DNA of 64,000 bases from assembly GCA_964562615.1 (NCBI GenBank), contig CAZLUD010000002.1:89300-153299 (forward strand), read 5' to 3'. The notes under the pieces are model-generated. The model worked only from the letters and a program-made list of their open reading frames with translations, ran no database searches and was not told the origin of the DNA. The position numbers were made by a program, and so were the translations under genes. The stretch's first letter is position 1, and the number at the start of each line of letters is the position of its first letter. This DNA comes from an uncultured Candidatus Saccharibacteria bacterium. GTDB taxonomy: Bacteria > Patescibacteriota > Minisyncoccia > Phycocordibacterales > UBA12088. Positions 7,494 to 19,300 of this stretch are shown piece after piece.

Positions 7494-9890
7494 CTATGGC
7501 GCGGTTACATAACTGATAATCTTATTTTCAATATAGACAATCTTAATTGGCTCATGTTGACCAAGCCATTTAGCAACTTCGTCGAGTGCGCGAGCGGTGG
7601 TATCTACTACTTCCCTACTAGTGCCGCGCGCTACCTCAAGCGTGCCGCGTACCTTGCCGTTAACCTGTACGGCGATAGTAACCGTATCAGATTCAAGATA
7701 GGCAGGATCAAATTGTGGCCATGGCGATGAATGTACTGACAACTCTGGAGTAATCTGATGCCACAATTCCTCTGTAAGATGGGGTGCAAACGGTGAAAGT
7801 AACTTGATAAAGGTAGCAAAAGACGATGATGGGATGGCTGGTAGCTCTTGAAGAGTATTTGCAAAAATCATGAGCGAAGATATTGCCGTATTAAACTTCA
7901 TAGATTCAATATCCTCAGTCACCTTCTTTATAGTTATATGCTCTGTCCTCCGTAGACTTGGGCTACAATCAGCATCTTGAGATACCTTCTTCGAAAGCGC
8001 GATTACACGCTCAAGAAAGCGTCGCGCACCAACGAGTCCATCTGTTGACCAGGCAATAGCTTGATCAAATGGCCCCATAAACATCTCGTATACTCTTAAG
8101 GTATCAGCACCAAAGGTGGCGACAATATCATCTGGATTAACCACGTTACCTCGTGACTTACTCATCTTTTCTCCATCGCCAGCAAGAATCATTCCATGAC
8201 TGGTGCGCTTTTTATACGGCTCGCTTGTAGGAACAACACCAATGTCAAAAAGAAACTTATGCCAAAAACGCGAGTACAAGAGGTGAAGCACTGTGTGCTC
8301 CATGCCCCCGTTGTACCAATCTACTGGTGTCCAGTACGCAAGCTTGCCTTTATCTGCTAGTGCTCTGTTGTTACTTGGATCAGCGTATCTAAGATAGTAC
8401 CAACTTGACCCTGCCCAGTTTGGCATGGTGTCAGTTTCGCGGCGTGCCTCACCACCACACGTAGGACAAGTAGTAGTGACCCACTCATGCATTGTTGCAA
8501 GTGGTGACTCGCCAGTATCGGTGTACTCGTATGAAGCAACATATGGCAACGTCACCGGCAGTTGTTCAACCGGTACTGGTACCCACCCGCATGATGCGCA
8601 ATTGATCATTGGTATTGGCTCACCCCAATATCGTTGACGAGAAAAGACCCAATCACGAAGCTTAAAGGTGGTAGTCCATTCACCACCTACTTTTTCAGTT
8701 ATCTTCTTTTTTGCATCCTGTGATGGTAGCCCATCAAGCTCACCTGAGTTAATAAGTACCCCATCACCAGTCCACACACCCGGTGAGTCGTGCGTAGGTT
8801 GTACCACGTGCGTGATAGCACAATGGTACTTTGTTGCAAATTCATAATCACGCTCGTCATGTGCTGGTACTGCCATAATGGCGCCAGTACCCACATCACC
8901 AAGCACATAGTTAGTAATCCACACCGGTATAGTTGCATTGGTAGCCGGGTTGGTTGCGATAACACCTGACTCCATGCCTAATTTCTCAGTGATCTCTCCC
9001 CTACCAAGAGACGCCTTTACCTTCAGTATATCATTAACAAAATTGCGAATTTCAATCGATGGATTCCATCCACCATCTATCCATCGCTGTGCTAGTTCAG
9101 CAGATATACCTATAAAGGTTGCGCCATATATAGTGTCTGGGCGAGTGGTAAAGACGGTAAGCGACGAAACATTTGAAATGCCGGTAAGTGGGAAAGAGAT
9201 TTTTGCTCCTTCACTAGGTCCAATCCAGTTTCGTTGTTGTGTTTTAGCTCGTTCGATGTAATCAACGGTTTCAAGATCATCATAGAGGCGCTGTGCGTAC
9301 TTGGTGATTGCAAGCATCCACTGTTCTTTCTCTCGCTTTTCTACTGGTGTGCCGCAGCGCTCGCACATGCCGTCTATCACCTCTTCATTTGCAAGCCCGA
9401 TTTTGTCTTTTGGGCACCAATTAATGTGACTAGTAGCCTTATACGCAAGTCCAGCGTTGTACATCTGAATAAATATCCATTGCGTCCATTTGTAGTATTC
9501 AGGACTTGTGGTGTTTATCTCACGTGACCAATCAAATGAGATACCCATCGCTTTGAGCTGGCGTCTGAAGGTATCAGTATTTTCTTTGGTTATTTCTTCT
9601 GGTGGCTTTCCTGTCTTAATGGCGTAATTCTCTGTCGGAAGACCGAATGCATCCCACCCAATGGGATACAGTACATTGAGTCCTTCAGCTCTTCGCTTTC
9701 TCGCAATAACATCCATTGCGGTATAACTGCGGACATGCCCAGTATGAAGCCCCGCCCCTGAAGGGTACGGAAACTCAACGAGAAGAAATGACTTAGGTAG
9801 TGACGTGTTGTCTGTTGCAACAGCGTGGTTTGTGCGAGTCCACGTATCTTGCCACTTCTTCTCTATTTCTTTGTGATCGTAGTCGTGCAC
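7494..9890 (-). CDS. leuS: Leucine--tRNA ligase
   Basis: FPYPSGAGLHTGH, KMSKS, CP1 editing motifs TTRPDT and GTGAIMAVPAHD. Confidence 0.98.
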   Translation of the reverse strand: MHDYDHKEIEKKWQDTWTRTNHAVATDNTSLPKSFLLVEFPYPSGAGLHTGHVRSYTAMDVIARKRRAEGLNVLYPIGWDAFGLPTENYAIKTGKPPEEITKENTDTFRRQLKAMGISFDWSREINTTSPEYYKWTQWIFIQMYNAGLAYKATSHINWCPKDKIGLANEEVIDGMCERCGTPVEKREKEQWMLAITKYAQRLYDDLETVDYIERAKTQQRNWIGPSEGAKISFPLTGISNVSSLTVFTTRPDTIYGATFIGISAELAQRWIDGGWNPSIEIRNFVNDILKVKASLGRGEITEKLGMESGVIATNPATNATIPVWITNYVLGDVGTGAIMAVPAHDERDYEFATKYHCAITHVVQPTHDSPGVWTGDGVLINSGELDGLPSQDAKKKITEKVGGEWTTTFKLRDWVFSRQRYWGEPIPMINCASCGWVPVPVEQLPVTLPYVASYEYTDTGESPLATMHEWVTTTCPTCGGEARRETDTMPNWAGSSWYYLRYADPSNNRALADKGKLAYWTPVDWYNGGMEHTVLHLLYSRFWHKFLFDIGVVPTSEPYKKRTSHGMILAGDGEKMSKSRGNVVNPDDIVATFGADTLRVYEMFMGPFDQAIAWSTDGLVGARRFLERVIALSKKVSQDADCSPSLRRTEHITIKKVTEDIESMKFNTAISSLMIFANTLQELPAIPSSSFATFIKLLSPFAPHLTEELWHQITPELSVHSSPWPQFDPAYLESDTVTIAVQVNGKVRGTLEVARGTSREVVDTTARALDEVAKWLGQHEPIKIVYIENKIISYVTAP

Positions 9891-9902
9891 AAAGAATATA
9901 TA

Positions 9903-10838
9903 TTACATCTTTACGTCGTAACGCTTGGGGTCAATAACTCTGTCAAAACATGTTCTTCCTTCTTTATGAGTCCATGTCTCATTAGCAAATGGTGAAGTTT
10001 CGTACAGACGAGCATCCATTTGAGATGACCTATCTGGTTTGTTAAAGGTTGCGCAAAGTGAAAATGTAAGAGGAGTAGTGACGATATACTCGTATACCTC
10101 TCCAGTTTCTGGATCAATTGGGGTAATAAATCCAGTCATAGGATCACTAAGTACATCAAGTGATGCAGGAAGTGTTTCGGTGGTTTGCCAGTAGTTTAGC
10201 ACTTGCCATTGAATGTTCTGCAAATCAATTACTTTTTGTTCATCAAATCGATAGAGACGCTGCTCGCTAGGTGAACCCATAATAAAGAATCCAAGCACAA
10301 CAGAGAGCACCACTACCGCGCCTGCGACTGACCCGTATAGTACAGATGCAGTTTTTCGCTCTTCCCAATATCCTTTGAGTGCAAGCACAAAGTAGGTAAA
10401 TACAGAGCCAACAACCACAAGAACAGCAAGTACTTTAGAAATAAACGCAACGGTGATATCACCAGCAAGGAAGCTATTAACTAGTACAATCAAATCAATA
10501 ATCATTGTCGCGCCAGCAATGAGGAGGGTAATATAGATAAGCCATTTTCTATAGCCAAGTTCAGCCTTTTCCTTGTGCGCTCTTATGTCGTTATTTGTAT
10601 ATCGAGTGAGTGCGATAAAGAGTGGAAATACCACAAACAATGTTGCAATCGATGTACGCATTGCGGTTGAGTATGGATCAACATAGGAAAGCTGATCAGG
10701 AAAGAGAAAGCTAATGTACTCAAAAATAAGTGCAAGAAATGCAAACGTGCTCACATAGAGTGAAATCATGAGCGATGAGTAGACCACAAAATCCTTTGGA
10801 CTAAGAGTTGGTTTTTCTCCACTAAAAAGAGCTGTCAT
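9903..10838 (-). CDS. DUF5671-type multi-pass membrane protein
   Basis: PKDF..Y, about 5 TMs, RKWLIY.TL, GSP..QR..RFD, DPETG..YEY, LCATF. Confidence 0.7.
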   Translation of the reverse strand: MTALFSGEKPTLSPKDFVVYSSLMISLYVSTFAFLALIFEYISFLFPDQLSYVDPYSTAMRTSIATLFVVFPLFIALTRYTNNDIRAHKEKAELGYRKWLIYITLLIAGATMIIDLIVLVNSFLAGDITVAFISKVLAVLVVVGSVFTYFVLALKGYWEERKTASVLYGSVAGAVVVLSVVLGFFIMGSPSEQRLYRFDEQKVIDLQNIQWQVLNYWQTTETLPASLDVLSDPMTGFITPIDPETGEVYEYIVTTPLTFSLCATFNKPDRSSQMDARLYETSPFANETWTHKEGRTCFDRVIDPKRYDVKM

Positions 10839-10951
10839 AATGTGTAGCTTACTACTAATGATGTACATAATTGTACAATGAAAATCAAAAAGAGCAACTT
10901 GTCATTGTGTGTATTTGTGGTGAAGAAAAACTCATCAGATTAAATGTTGGT

Positions 10952-10984
10952 AAAAAACAGGAAGCCTCCGTTTCCGGAGGCTTC
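10952..10984 (-). terminator. Intrinsic terminator
   Basis: GAAGCCTCCG-tttc-CGGAGGCTTC with adjacent A-run (U-tract on minus strand). Confidence 0.7.
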
Positions 10985-10998
10985 TGTGCCGAATATTA

Positions 10999-11244
10999 CT
11001 AATGTTTTTGTTTCGATAACATTAATACAGCAACATGAAATATAGTTTTTGGAGCAAAGACAATACGTAAGCAATGTAGAAGTATTCTCTGTATCTTCCC
11101 TACCTTTCCAAATTTTCTCTCTATAAGCGAATCATATTCGCTCCTAAGTTCTCTTATACATAGATAAGAGATTACGCAGAGGAAGAAAGCGCAAAAGACT
11201 AACGCAACGATTATTGCAAGAATTGCTTCTACAACAGCAAACAT
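10999..11244 (-). CDS. Small membrane hypothetical protein
   Basis: SD-like GAAGGGGG before ATG 11244; N-terminal TM; terminator downstream. Confidence 0.55.
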   Translation of the reverse strand: MFAVVEAILAIIVALVFCAFFLCVISYLCIRELRSEYDSLIERKFGKVGKIQRILLHCLRIVFAPKTIFHVAVLMLSKQKH

Positions 11245-11386
11245 ACTCGCCCCCTTCGATGACCAACTGCACAAGTTATAACATCAAAGCAGAGAGTGTC
11301 AATATCACCGTAATTAGTTTAGCCCTGTAATGGCTCAACTCTTTGGATGCTGCATGACGCAATATCATTTTGCAACAATAATTGCT

Positions 11387-12487
11387 CTAAACTTTAAACT
11401 CAATAACATCACCGTCCTTTACCACGTACTCCTTGCCCTCAGTGCGTACCAAGCCCTTCTCTCTCGCTGCTGCGTATGAACCTGCATGTAGCAGTGTGTC
11501 CGTGCCAATAACTTCTGCACGTATAAAGGTGTCCCTAAAATCAGTGTGTATAGCGGCGCCGGCTTCAGGAGCTTTTGCGCCGTCTCTAATGGTCCATGCA
11601 CGAGTTTCTTTTTCTCCGGTAGTAAAGTAAGTAATTAAGCCGAGCATGCGATACCCTGCTTTAATAAGGTCATCAATACCGTCTGTAACTACACCAAATT
11701 CTTGTCTAAAGGTCTGCTTGTCATCAACAGCGACATCCTTTAGCTCATCTTCTATTCGGGCATCAACAACCACATAAGGCTTTGCACCATCCTCTAAAAA
11801 TTGCATAAGGCGTATCCAGCGCTCATCATGTGGTGTTTCGTCTAAATTATGCCCTCCTGCTTTTTTATTAAGCACATACAATATAGGCTTCGTGGTAAGT
11901 AGTGAAAACTGAGGCAGTAGCTTCTTTTCTGTATCTGAAAGCTCAGTGTGTATTGCAAGGTTTCCACTCTCTAGCGTGTGTGCAATCTTTTTTGCCACTT
12001 CGTATAAGGCAACTGCCTCCTTTACCCCCCGCTTTGCATCTCGCTCCAAATTCCCCACTCGTTTACTTATCGTCTCTCGATCAGCAAGGATAAGCTCAAG
12101 ATTGATGACTTCAATATCAGAAACAGGATCAATGGTGCCGTGGACGTGCGTGACATTGGTATCATCAAAAATACGCACCACTTGTGCTATGGCATTAGTC
12201 TCACGTATATGAGAAAGAAACTGGTTACCAAGCCCTTCACCACTTGCTGCGCCTTTAACAAGGCCAGCAATATCAACAAATTCAACCGCAGCAGGGATAG
12301 TCTTTTGCGTGTGTGAAAATTCAGAGAGTCTCCACAGCCTTTCATCGGGTACCGCAACCACCCCAACCGATGGGTCTATTGTACAAAACGGAAAGTTCTC
12401 CGCAGGAACGGCCTTTTTGGTGAGTGCATTAAACAGTGTAGACTTGCCAACATTTGGAAGTCCAACAATACCTATTGATAGTGCCAT
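11387..12487 (-). CDS. ychF: Ribosome-binding ATPase YchF
   Basis: [26 protein letters not shown]-domain end [11 protein letters not shown]; start set at MALSIG. Confidence 0.97.
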   Translation of the reverse strand: MALSIGIVGLPNVGKSTLFNALTKKAVPAENFPFCTIDPSVGVVAVPDERLWRLSEFSHTQKTIPAAVEFVDIAGLVKGAASGEGLGNQFLSHIRETNAIAQVVRIFDDTNVTHVHGTIDPVSDIEVINLELILADRETISKRVGNLERDAKRGVKEAVALYEVAKKIAHTLESGNLAIHTELSDTEKKLLPQFSLLTTKPILYVLNKKAGGHNLDETPHDERWIRLMQFLEDGAKPYVVVDARIEDELKDVAVDDKQTFRQEFGVVTDGIDDLIKAGYRMLGLITYFTTGEKETRAWTIRDGAKAPEAGAAIHTDFRDTFIRAEVIGTDTLLHAGSYAAAREKGLVRTEGKEYVVKDGDVIEFKV

Positions 12488-12540
12488 ATCACTATCTTGT
12501 ATCACAAAAATGTCGTTTCTCAAAAACTAATAAAAGAAGT

Positions 12541-12574
12541 ACACCCCCTCTATTGCAAGCAATAGAGGGGGTGT
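12541..12574. terminator. Hairpin/terminator
   Basis: ACACCCCCTCTATTGC-aa-GCAATAGAGGGGGTGT perfect 16-bp stem. Confidence 0.7.
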
Positions 12575-12583
12575 GGTGTCGAG

Positions 12584-13123
12584 CTAGCTGTCACCCAAAA
12601 CATATTCCACTTCATACACTAGAAGTGGGTTTTGTGATTTCGGCAGCGGAAATTGTTCATCGAGCAATGTCAATATTTTTTGTGCATCATCATCACGTCG
12701 AGGAATTATCGTCAGAAGAAAGCCACTTTCCGACGATTGCCTAGGTGGCGCAAGAAAAGTTGACACAACAACCTTTCTTGCTGGAACATACACTAGTCCA
12801 AAATGGAAAGGTGTATAGATGTGGGAATGCGACCCATAGTTTAAGATGGACACCTTCCATCTATGTACCAGCTGGTGCCGACCTGTTATGGCAACGCCGA
12901 CACGGTCAAATTCTTGAAGGACCTCCCCGGGAATATTCCAAGGCGACATCCAGTGCACCTCGCACTCGATGCTTAAATATAGTTCAGATGTTATCTTCAC
13001 TACTTCTCCACCACAATTTGGTGGCGAATACTGTCTTGATACCATTTCCTCAGCTTGCGAAGCAGTGCTGTGGAGCGAGAAGAAAAGAGTAGCAGCAAAA
13101 ATTAGGCCGCGGAGCGACATCAT
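12584..13123 (-). CDS. Secreted hypothetical protein
   Basis: SD GGAGG; signal peptide ending ASQA; no family recognised. Confidence 0.65.
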   Translation of the reverse strand: MMSLRGLIFAATLFFSLHSTASQAEEMVSRQYSPPNCGGEVVKITSELYLSIECEVHWMSPWNIPGEVLQEFDRVGVAITGRHQLVHRWKVSILNYGSHSHIYTPFHFGLVYVPARKVVVSTFLAPPRQSSESGFLLTIIPRRDDDAQKILTLLDEQFPLPKSQNPLLVYEVEYVLGDS

Positions 13124-13191
13124 GTAAGCCTCCAGTTAAGTTGCCGTCACACATAGTGCAACAAATAGGCTATGTAGTCAATAGCGTGGCA

Positions 13192-13767
13192 CTATCTTGC
13201 ATCTCCACCAAGCTTTTTTACCTCACTCATCCAAACATCTCTTTGCTCACCTGAGCAGTGCTCACAAGGGCCAAATGCTGACACCTTCACATCAAATCCA
13301 GCAAAACCTAGGATGCCGCGCTCAATTTCATTAGTAAAATCACCATACTTCCACCAAGTCATAAATGGAGATTGCGTTCCTGCAACTACTACCACTCGTG
13401 CAGTCTTTCCTTGCATGCGCTGAATTAGCTTGTGGCTTGGCTTTTCAAAGTTAAAAGCAAATCCAGGAAGCCATGCCCTATCAAAAAATCCTTTAAGAAG
13501 GGCTGGCATGGTATTCCACCAGTTTGGATAGACAAGCACAAAGTGGTCGCACCACTTAATATCTTCCTGAAGCGATACAAGATCTGGCTCTAGTTGTTGA
13601 ATAGTCTTGTACCCTTTGTGCAAAATAGGATCAAATGCCACATCACCAAGGTTTTTTCTTCGTACTTCATGCCCTGCTTCTGTTGCGGCCTTTTCGTACG
13701 CATCCGCCATACTACCAGAGAAAGAATCCTTATCTGGATTACCGAGCAATATAAAAACTTTTTTCAT
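13192..13767 (-). CDS. NAD(P)H-dependent oxidoreductase, flavodoxin-like fold (MdaB/KefF family)
   Basis: ILLGNP..DSF, FDP.L, YPNWWNTMPALLKGFFDR. Confidence 0.9.
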   Translation of the reverse strand: MKKVFILLGNPDKDSFSGSMADAYEKAATEAGHEVRRKNLGDVAFDPILHKGYKTIQQLEPDLVSLQEDIKWCDHFVLVYPNWWNTMPALLKGFFDRAWLPGFAFNFEKPSHKLIQRMQGKTARVVVVAGTQSPFMTWWKYGDFTNEIERGILGFAGFDVKVSAFGPCEHCSGEQRDVWMSEVKKLGGDAR

Positions 13768-13786
13768 GTGTGTATGTTATGCGTAA

Positions 13787-14317
13787 TTATGAGTCAAGCG
13801 TTGCTCGTTTGAGTGCTTGTTGATAGCGATCTACATACAGTATTTTAACGAGTCTAAGGAATACTGCAAACACCCCAACAAACAATACGTAGTATCCAAT
13901 CCATGAAAGGTATGGAAGTTCGTACGCTTTAAGGGTGTTGACTATCGCAAGGGTATACCACGACCCGCCCGCAATAGCAGGACCAATAATCATTGGCATA
14001 ATATGCAACTGCATGAGTGTGGCATTGACGATAATCACCGCAAGAATTGTCCACATTGCCCAAAAAGCACCATTAACAAGTGCTTCCAAGCTACTAAATT
14101 GGTAGTACCACACCACAAACAGTAGCTGCGAAATAATGATAAGCCCCATGCCTATGCGCAGCACCGCATATACCGTGTGCAAAAATGATTTTTCCGACGC
14201 GTCAATTACCCCATCTCTAATAGACTTGTAATAAAAAATTAGTGCAAAGGTGGATGAACCAATAGCAACAGATATGCCAAAGGTTTGAAGCACCTGCAAT
14301 AGTACGTACATACTCAT
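13787..14317 (-). CDS. Multi-pass membrane hypothetical protein
   Basis: About 5 hydrophobic segments; DG.ID.SE motif. Confidence 0.7.
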   Translation of the reverse strand: MSMYVLLQVLQTFGISVAIGSSTFALIFYYKSIRDGVIDASEKSFLHTVYAVLRIGMGLIIISQLLFVVWYYQFSSLEALVNGAFWAMWTILAVIIVNATLMQLHIMPMIIGPAIAGGSWYTLAIVNTLKAYELPYLSWIGYYVLFVGVFAVFLRLVKILYVDRYQQALKRATLDS

Positions 14318-14341
14318 GGATATATTCTACCCCGAGTAGTG

Positions 14342-14569
14342 CTATTGTTCCATCATTTTTTTCAACTCCGCCTGATGTTTTTGCATTACCGACATCATGG
14401 CAGTAAATTGGTCTACGCCACTTTTCTTTTTCTCCTCTACCTCTTTAGCTATTTGCTCAAAGAGTTTTGGATTCTTCTCTACCATGAGCATGATTTTTTC
14501 TGCCTGATCTTTAGGAACATTTTTTAGCTGACGCTCCATCAGTTTTCTCATCAAAAAGTTTTTAAGCAT
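14342..14569 (-). CDS. Small helical Met/Lys-rich hypothetical protein
   Basis: MLKNFLMRKLMERQLKNVPKDQ...NP.LF..IA.E; start moved to ATG 14569. Confidence 0.65.
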   Translation of the reverse strand: MLKNFLMRKLMERQLKNVPKDQAEKIMLMVEKNPKLFEQIAKEVEEKKKSGVDQFTAMMSVMQKHQAELKKMMEQ

Positions 14570-14700
14570 AGAATTGTTTACACTAGTACAGATTGGTAAC
14601 CCCCGTAGTGTAGCAAAGGAGTTTGTGTATTGCACCTACATCCAAAACTTTGACTTATTAGTAGATACATTGTATAGTTATACGGCTCTAAAATTACATT

Positions 14701-16326
14701 ATGTTAAAAAATATACTTAATTCGTTTATCTCATCTTCACTTACTCGCAAACACATGTACGCGGGTCTCGCGGTGCTTGTTGTTATCATATTCCTTGTCC
14801 TTATCTTTAAAAAGGATGCACCTGTCGAGATTACAAAACAAGAATCTAATCGTACTGTTAGTATAATGGATGTTGCATCGCTCTCTAGCGAAGCTACTCC
14901 TCTACCCCTTATAGGAGAGGTGCGCTCTCAAAATGAAGCCATCCTTCGTACAGAATCATCAGGCACCGTAACTGCTGTATACAGAAAGGCTGGTGACTAT
15001 GTGGCTGCCGGCACGGTAATTGCTGAGCTTGAAAACTCTGCACAGCGCGCATCAGTTGCGCAAGCGCGTGCCCTCGTCTCGCAAGCAGAGGCATCACTAG
15101 CCAAGGTGAAAAAAGGCGCGCGTGATGAGCAACTTGCTGTGCTTGGTATCAGCGCAGAGAGTGCAGAGACTACCCTACGCACTGCAAAACAACAAGCGGT
15201 AAATACCGTGCTTTCATCATATGCTACTGGTGAAGATGTAGTACTACGCACCACTGATAAGCTGGTATCAAATCCTACATCAGCAAGTCCAACATTCATT
15301 CTTGCTACATCTGACTCGCAGCTTTCTACTAATATTGCTAATGCGCGCCTAACGATAGAGGGCAGGCTATCTAACGCCACTGCCATTAAAGACTCGCTAC
15401 GTGCTGATACTAATATACTGGTTGCGATAAGTGCGGCAGAGGCAGATTTGTCATACATACGAAATTATCTTGATACTATTGCAAGCGCGCTTGCTAAAGC
15501 TATTCCATCAAACACCGTTACCCCTGCCATTATTGGCGGATACCAAGCTGAGGTTTCTTCAGCTCGAAGCGCAATCATCGGGCAACTATCTACACTCGCT
15601 GCCGCTAAACAATCTATTGAGGGTGCGGAAGCTGGTCTAAGTATCTCTCTCCAAAATCAAAGCGAGATTGTCTCTGGCGCACGAAGCGAGGATGTCGCCC
15701 TTGCAGCAGCTGGTGTTGAGCAGGCACAAGCAGGACTACGCGCTACTCTTGCCCAACTTGAAAACACCATTATACGTACACCAATAAGTGGCCGTATCGC
15801 TTCTCTATCACTCACCCGAGGCGAATTTGCATCACAATTTTCTCCTGCAGCAATCGTATCTAATCAAAACGCTCTCGAAATAGTCTCGTACATATCTGAA
15901 GGTGAGCGCGAAAATATCGCCATTGGCGCAAAAGCACTTATTGAAGAAGAGGTGCGTGGTGTAGTAACCGGCATTGCTCCAGGGCTTGATCCCGCAACAA
16001 AAAAGATTCGCTTATCAATTGGAGTCACCGATGAGGGAGCCCCACTTACCCACGGATCATCAGTCTCACTTACCATCGAGCGCTCACGCCCTGCCGTAAG
16101 TGAAAATATTACCGATATCATCATTCCTATATCTGCGCTCAAGCTTACCGTCGATAAAGCTATTGTCTTTAGTGTTAACCCTGAGGGAATCCTTACTGAA
16201 CACCCTGTAACCATGGGTAGAGTCCTTGGAAACAAGGTTCATATTGTAAGTGGTCTCACTCCTTCAATGATTATTGTGGTTGACGCAAGAGGACTCAAGG
16301 CAGGACAAGTAGTAACCATACAATAA
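14701..16326 (+). CDS. RND efflux periplasmic adaptor (membrane fusion protein)
   Basis: N-terminal TM, lipoyl half-motifs (SGTV....GDYV..G..IAEL; IRTPISG), long coiled coil; directly upstream of an RND permease. Confidence 0.9.
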   Translation: MLKNILNSFISSSLTRKHMYAGLAVLVVIIFLVLIFKKDAPVEITKQESNRTVSIMDVASLSSEATPLPLIGEVRSQNEAILRTESSGTVTAVYRKAGDYVAAGTVIAELENSAQRASVAQARALVSQAEASLAKVKKGARDEQLAVLGISAESAETTLRTAKQQAVNTVLSSYATGEDVVLRTTDKLVSNPTSASPTFILATSDSQLSTNIANARLTIEGRLSNATAIKDSLRADTNILVAISAAEADLSYIRNYLDTIASALAKAIPSNTVTPAIIGGYQAEVSSARSAIIGQLSTLAAAKQSIEGAEAGLSISLQNQSEIVSGARSEDVALAAAGVEQAQAGLRATLAQLENTIIRTPISGRIASLSLTRGEFASQFSPAAIVSNQNALEIVSYISEGERENIAIGAKALIEEEVRGVVTGIAPGLDPATKKIRLSIGVTDEGAPLTHGSSVSLTIERSRPAVSENITDIIIPISALKLTVDKAIVFSVNPEGILTEHPVTMGRVLGNKVHIVSGLTPSMIIVVDARGLKAGQVVTIQ

Positions 16327-16329
16327 TAT

Positions 16330-19300
16330 ATGTATAGCATTTGGAGCTTTTTCACCCTACACAAGAGCTTTAGCTATCTTGTTCTTGTTACCCTTGTTGC
16401 GTTTGGTTCATACGCACTTGTCACTATCCCTAAGGAATCAGCTCCTGAGGTGCAGATTCCTATTGCCATTGTCTCTGTTGCCCTCCCTGGCGCGTCTGCT
16501 GTTGACATAGAAAAGCTCATAACCAACAAGGTAGAAACCGCACTCAATAATTCACTTGAAGATGTAAAAAAGATCACTTCATCATCGCAAGAAGGGTTTT
16601 CTTCTGTGGTCGTAGAGTTTCTCCCTTCTGCAAATATTGATGACTCCGTTCGTGATGTAAAAGATGAAATTGACAAGGTAAAGCCCGAGCTCCCAGAAGA
16701 CGCAACCGAGCCAATAGTAAGTGATGTTAATTTTGTAAATCAACCAATTATTACCTTTGCTATTGGTGCTGATCTCCCTGATGCTGAGCTTGTTGCACTC
16801 GCCGATGCAGTTGAAGATGAAATAAAAAAGGTTGAGGGAGTATCAGATGTAACCATTGGTGGATACAGAGCACGCGAGACACAAGTTATTGTAAGAAAGG
16901 AGGCGCTTGAAACCTACGGACTACGACTTGTTGATATCATTGGTGGCATTGCGCGTGCCAACAACACCTTTCCTGTCGGTAACATACTAGTAGACTCTAT
17001 TGCCTACAACGTACAGTTTGAAGGTGACCTCAATGACCCTGCGGAGGTAGCAAACATTGCTATATTTCTTCAAGGCGGGCAGCCAGTATATGTACGAGAC
17101 GTTGCTACGGTAGTAGATGGACTAGAAGAGGCTCGAAGCATCTCGCGCATCTCGCTTGATAGCGAGCCATCATCATCTGCCCTTTCCATTCAAGTATTTA
17201 AACGATCGGGAGGTGATATCACCAAAATAACAGACGAAGTTAAAAAGACCCTTGATACATTAAAGAGTGATGGTGGCATACTCAGCGATGCAACCACGCT
17301 TGTAGTATTTGATAATGGTAAAGAGTTAAAGAATGATCTAGTCTCACTTGGCAGCAGCGGTGCGCAGACGGTTGTTCTGGTTATGATTTCTCTTTTTATG
17401 GTGATTGGATGGCGCGAGGCGCTCATTGCTGGTTCTGCAATCCCTCTTTCATTCTTGCTAGCATTTATCGCACTTGAAGCATCTGGTAACACACTTAACT
17501 TTGTCTCCTTGTTTGCCCTTATCCTTGCGGTAGGCGTACTTGTTGACTCAGCTATTGTGATAATTGAAGGCATCAACCGAAACATGCGGTTGGATCCGCT
17601 TTTGTCTAAAAAGGACGCGTCACTTGCCGCCATTAAAGAATTTCATGGTCCTATCACCTCAGGAACACTCACTACCGTTGCGGTGTTTGTCCCTCTCTTC
17701 TTTATCTCAGGTGTAACCGGAGAATTTATCGCGAGTATTCCCTTCACGATTATCTTTGTCCTTATCGCCTCACTTATTATTGCGGTAGCAATTGTGCCGT
17801 TGTTTGCGTCATTATTTTTGACAAGACACGAACCAAGCAAGCTAGAGCTCATACAAGCTGAGTACCAAGAGAAAGTTGGGCGTTGGTACAAACAAAAGCT
17901 TGAATCAATATTAGGCAATCCAAAGCGCGAACGCATAGTCATATGGGGAATCTTGGCAATGTTTTTTGTTGCCATGACACTCCCCATACTAGGACTAGTT
18001 AAGGTAGAGTTTTTCCCTGCGGGAGACAGTGACTTTGTTGTTATTGAGCTTGAGCTCCTAGAAGGATCGCCTCTCTCACAAACAGATATAGAAATGCGAA
18101 AGCTTGAAGAAATACTATACGAGTACTCTATTATAGAGTCATTTGTGATGACTGCTGGCGAATCAAGCGCATTTAGCGGCTCACAATCAGTAAGTGCAGG
18201 GGCAAAATTTGCAAATGCATTTGTCACCTTGAAAAAGGATAGACCAGTTACCTCACAAGAATTTGCTGATGACCTCAGGGCTAAAACTGCTGCAATTGGT
18301 ACGGCTGAGGTGCGTATTAGCCAAGTTGAAAATGGTCCTCCAACCGGCACACCGGTGCTTATCAAATTTTTAGGTGACGACCTAGCTACCCTTGAAGAAA
18401 CCGTGCAAAAAGCTGCAACCATTCTTGAGAATACAGAGGGCTCTGCGGATGTAGTAACCAGCGCTAAAAACGATGGTACACAGTATGTGGTTGAGGTTGA
18501 TCCTGCTAAAGCTAGTGCGCTTGGACTTGATGCATCACTTATTTCTCAAACACTCCGTACTGCGGTAAGTGGTGTAAAGGCAACGTCTATTGTTTCAAAT
18601 GATGAGGATATTGATGTGGTGGTAAAGCTCAACCTCAATACTAACTACATGGATGCGCACGATACCGACCGCACCACAATAGACTCCCTAGGACAAATCT
18701 CAATTCAAACCCCAAATGGTCCAGTACTTCTTGCGTCAGTACTTGAAGTATCACTTGCAAAAAACAACACCGTAATTCAACACGAAAATCTTAAACGGGT
18801 AGTGAGCGTTGGATCACAGCTTGAGTCAGGCGCTAACCTTGTTGAGGTGGTAGCTGCCTTTGAAGAGAAAGTAAAAGAAGAGCTTGTACTGCCACAAGGA
18901 GTAACCATGGTAATTGGTGGTGAAAACGAAGAGAACAATCAAGCATTCACCGAAATGTTTTATGCGCTCATTGTAGGACTCGTGCTTATGCTTGCGATAC
19001 TCGTATTTGAATTTAGCTCATACCGACATGCGCTCTACGTTCTTTCAGTAACTCCACTTGCGCTTATTGGTATCATGATTGGTCTTATGGTGACGGGCAA
19101 GGCACTTTCCTTCCCTACGCTCATGGGCTTTATTGCACTTATGGGTATTGTGGTAAACAACTCAATCATATTGATTGACACCATGAATGCAATGAGAAAG
19201 ACAGACCCAGCAAAGCCAATACGTGATGTGGTACTTGAAGGCTCTGCGTCACGACTTCGCCCCATATTCCTTACCACCATCACCACAGTTATCGGTATGG

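Noticed and set aside
17190-18422. Long antisense or alternate-frame ORFs (e.g. 17643..18422, 22224..22856, 36488..37177, 58137..58976)
   Set aside because: They are shadows of well-supported genes, with no motifs or initiation signals
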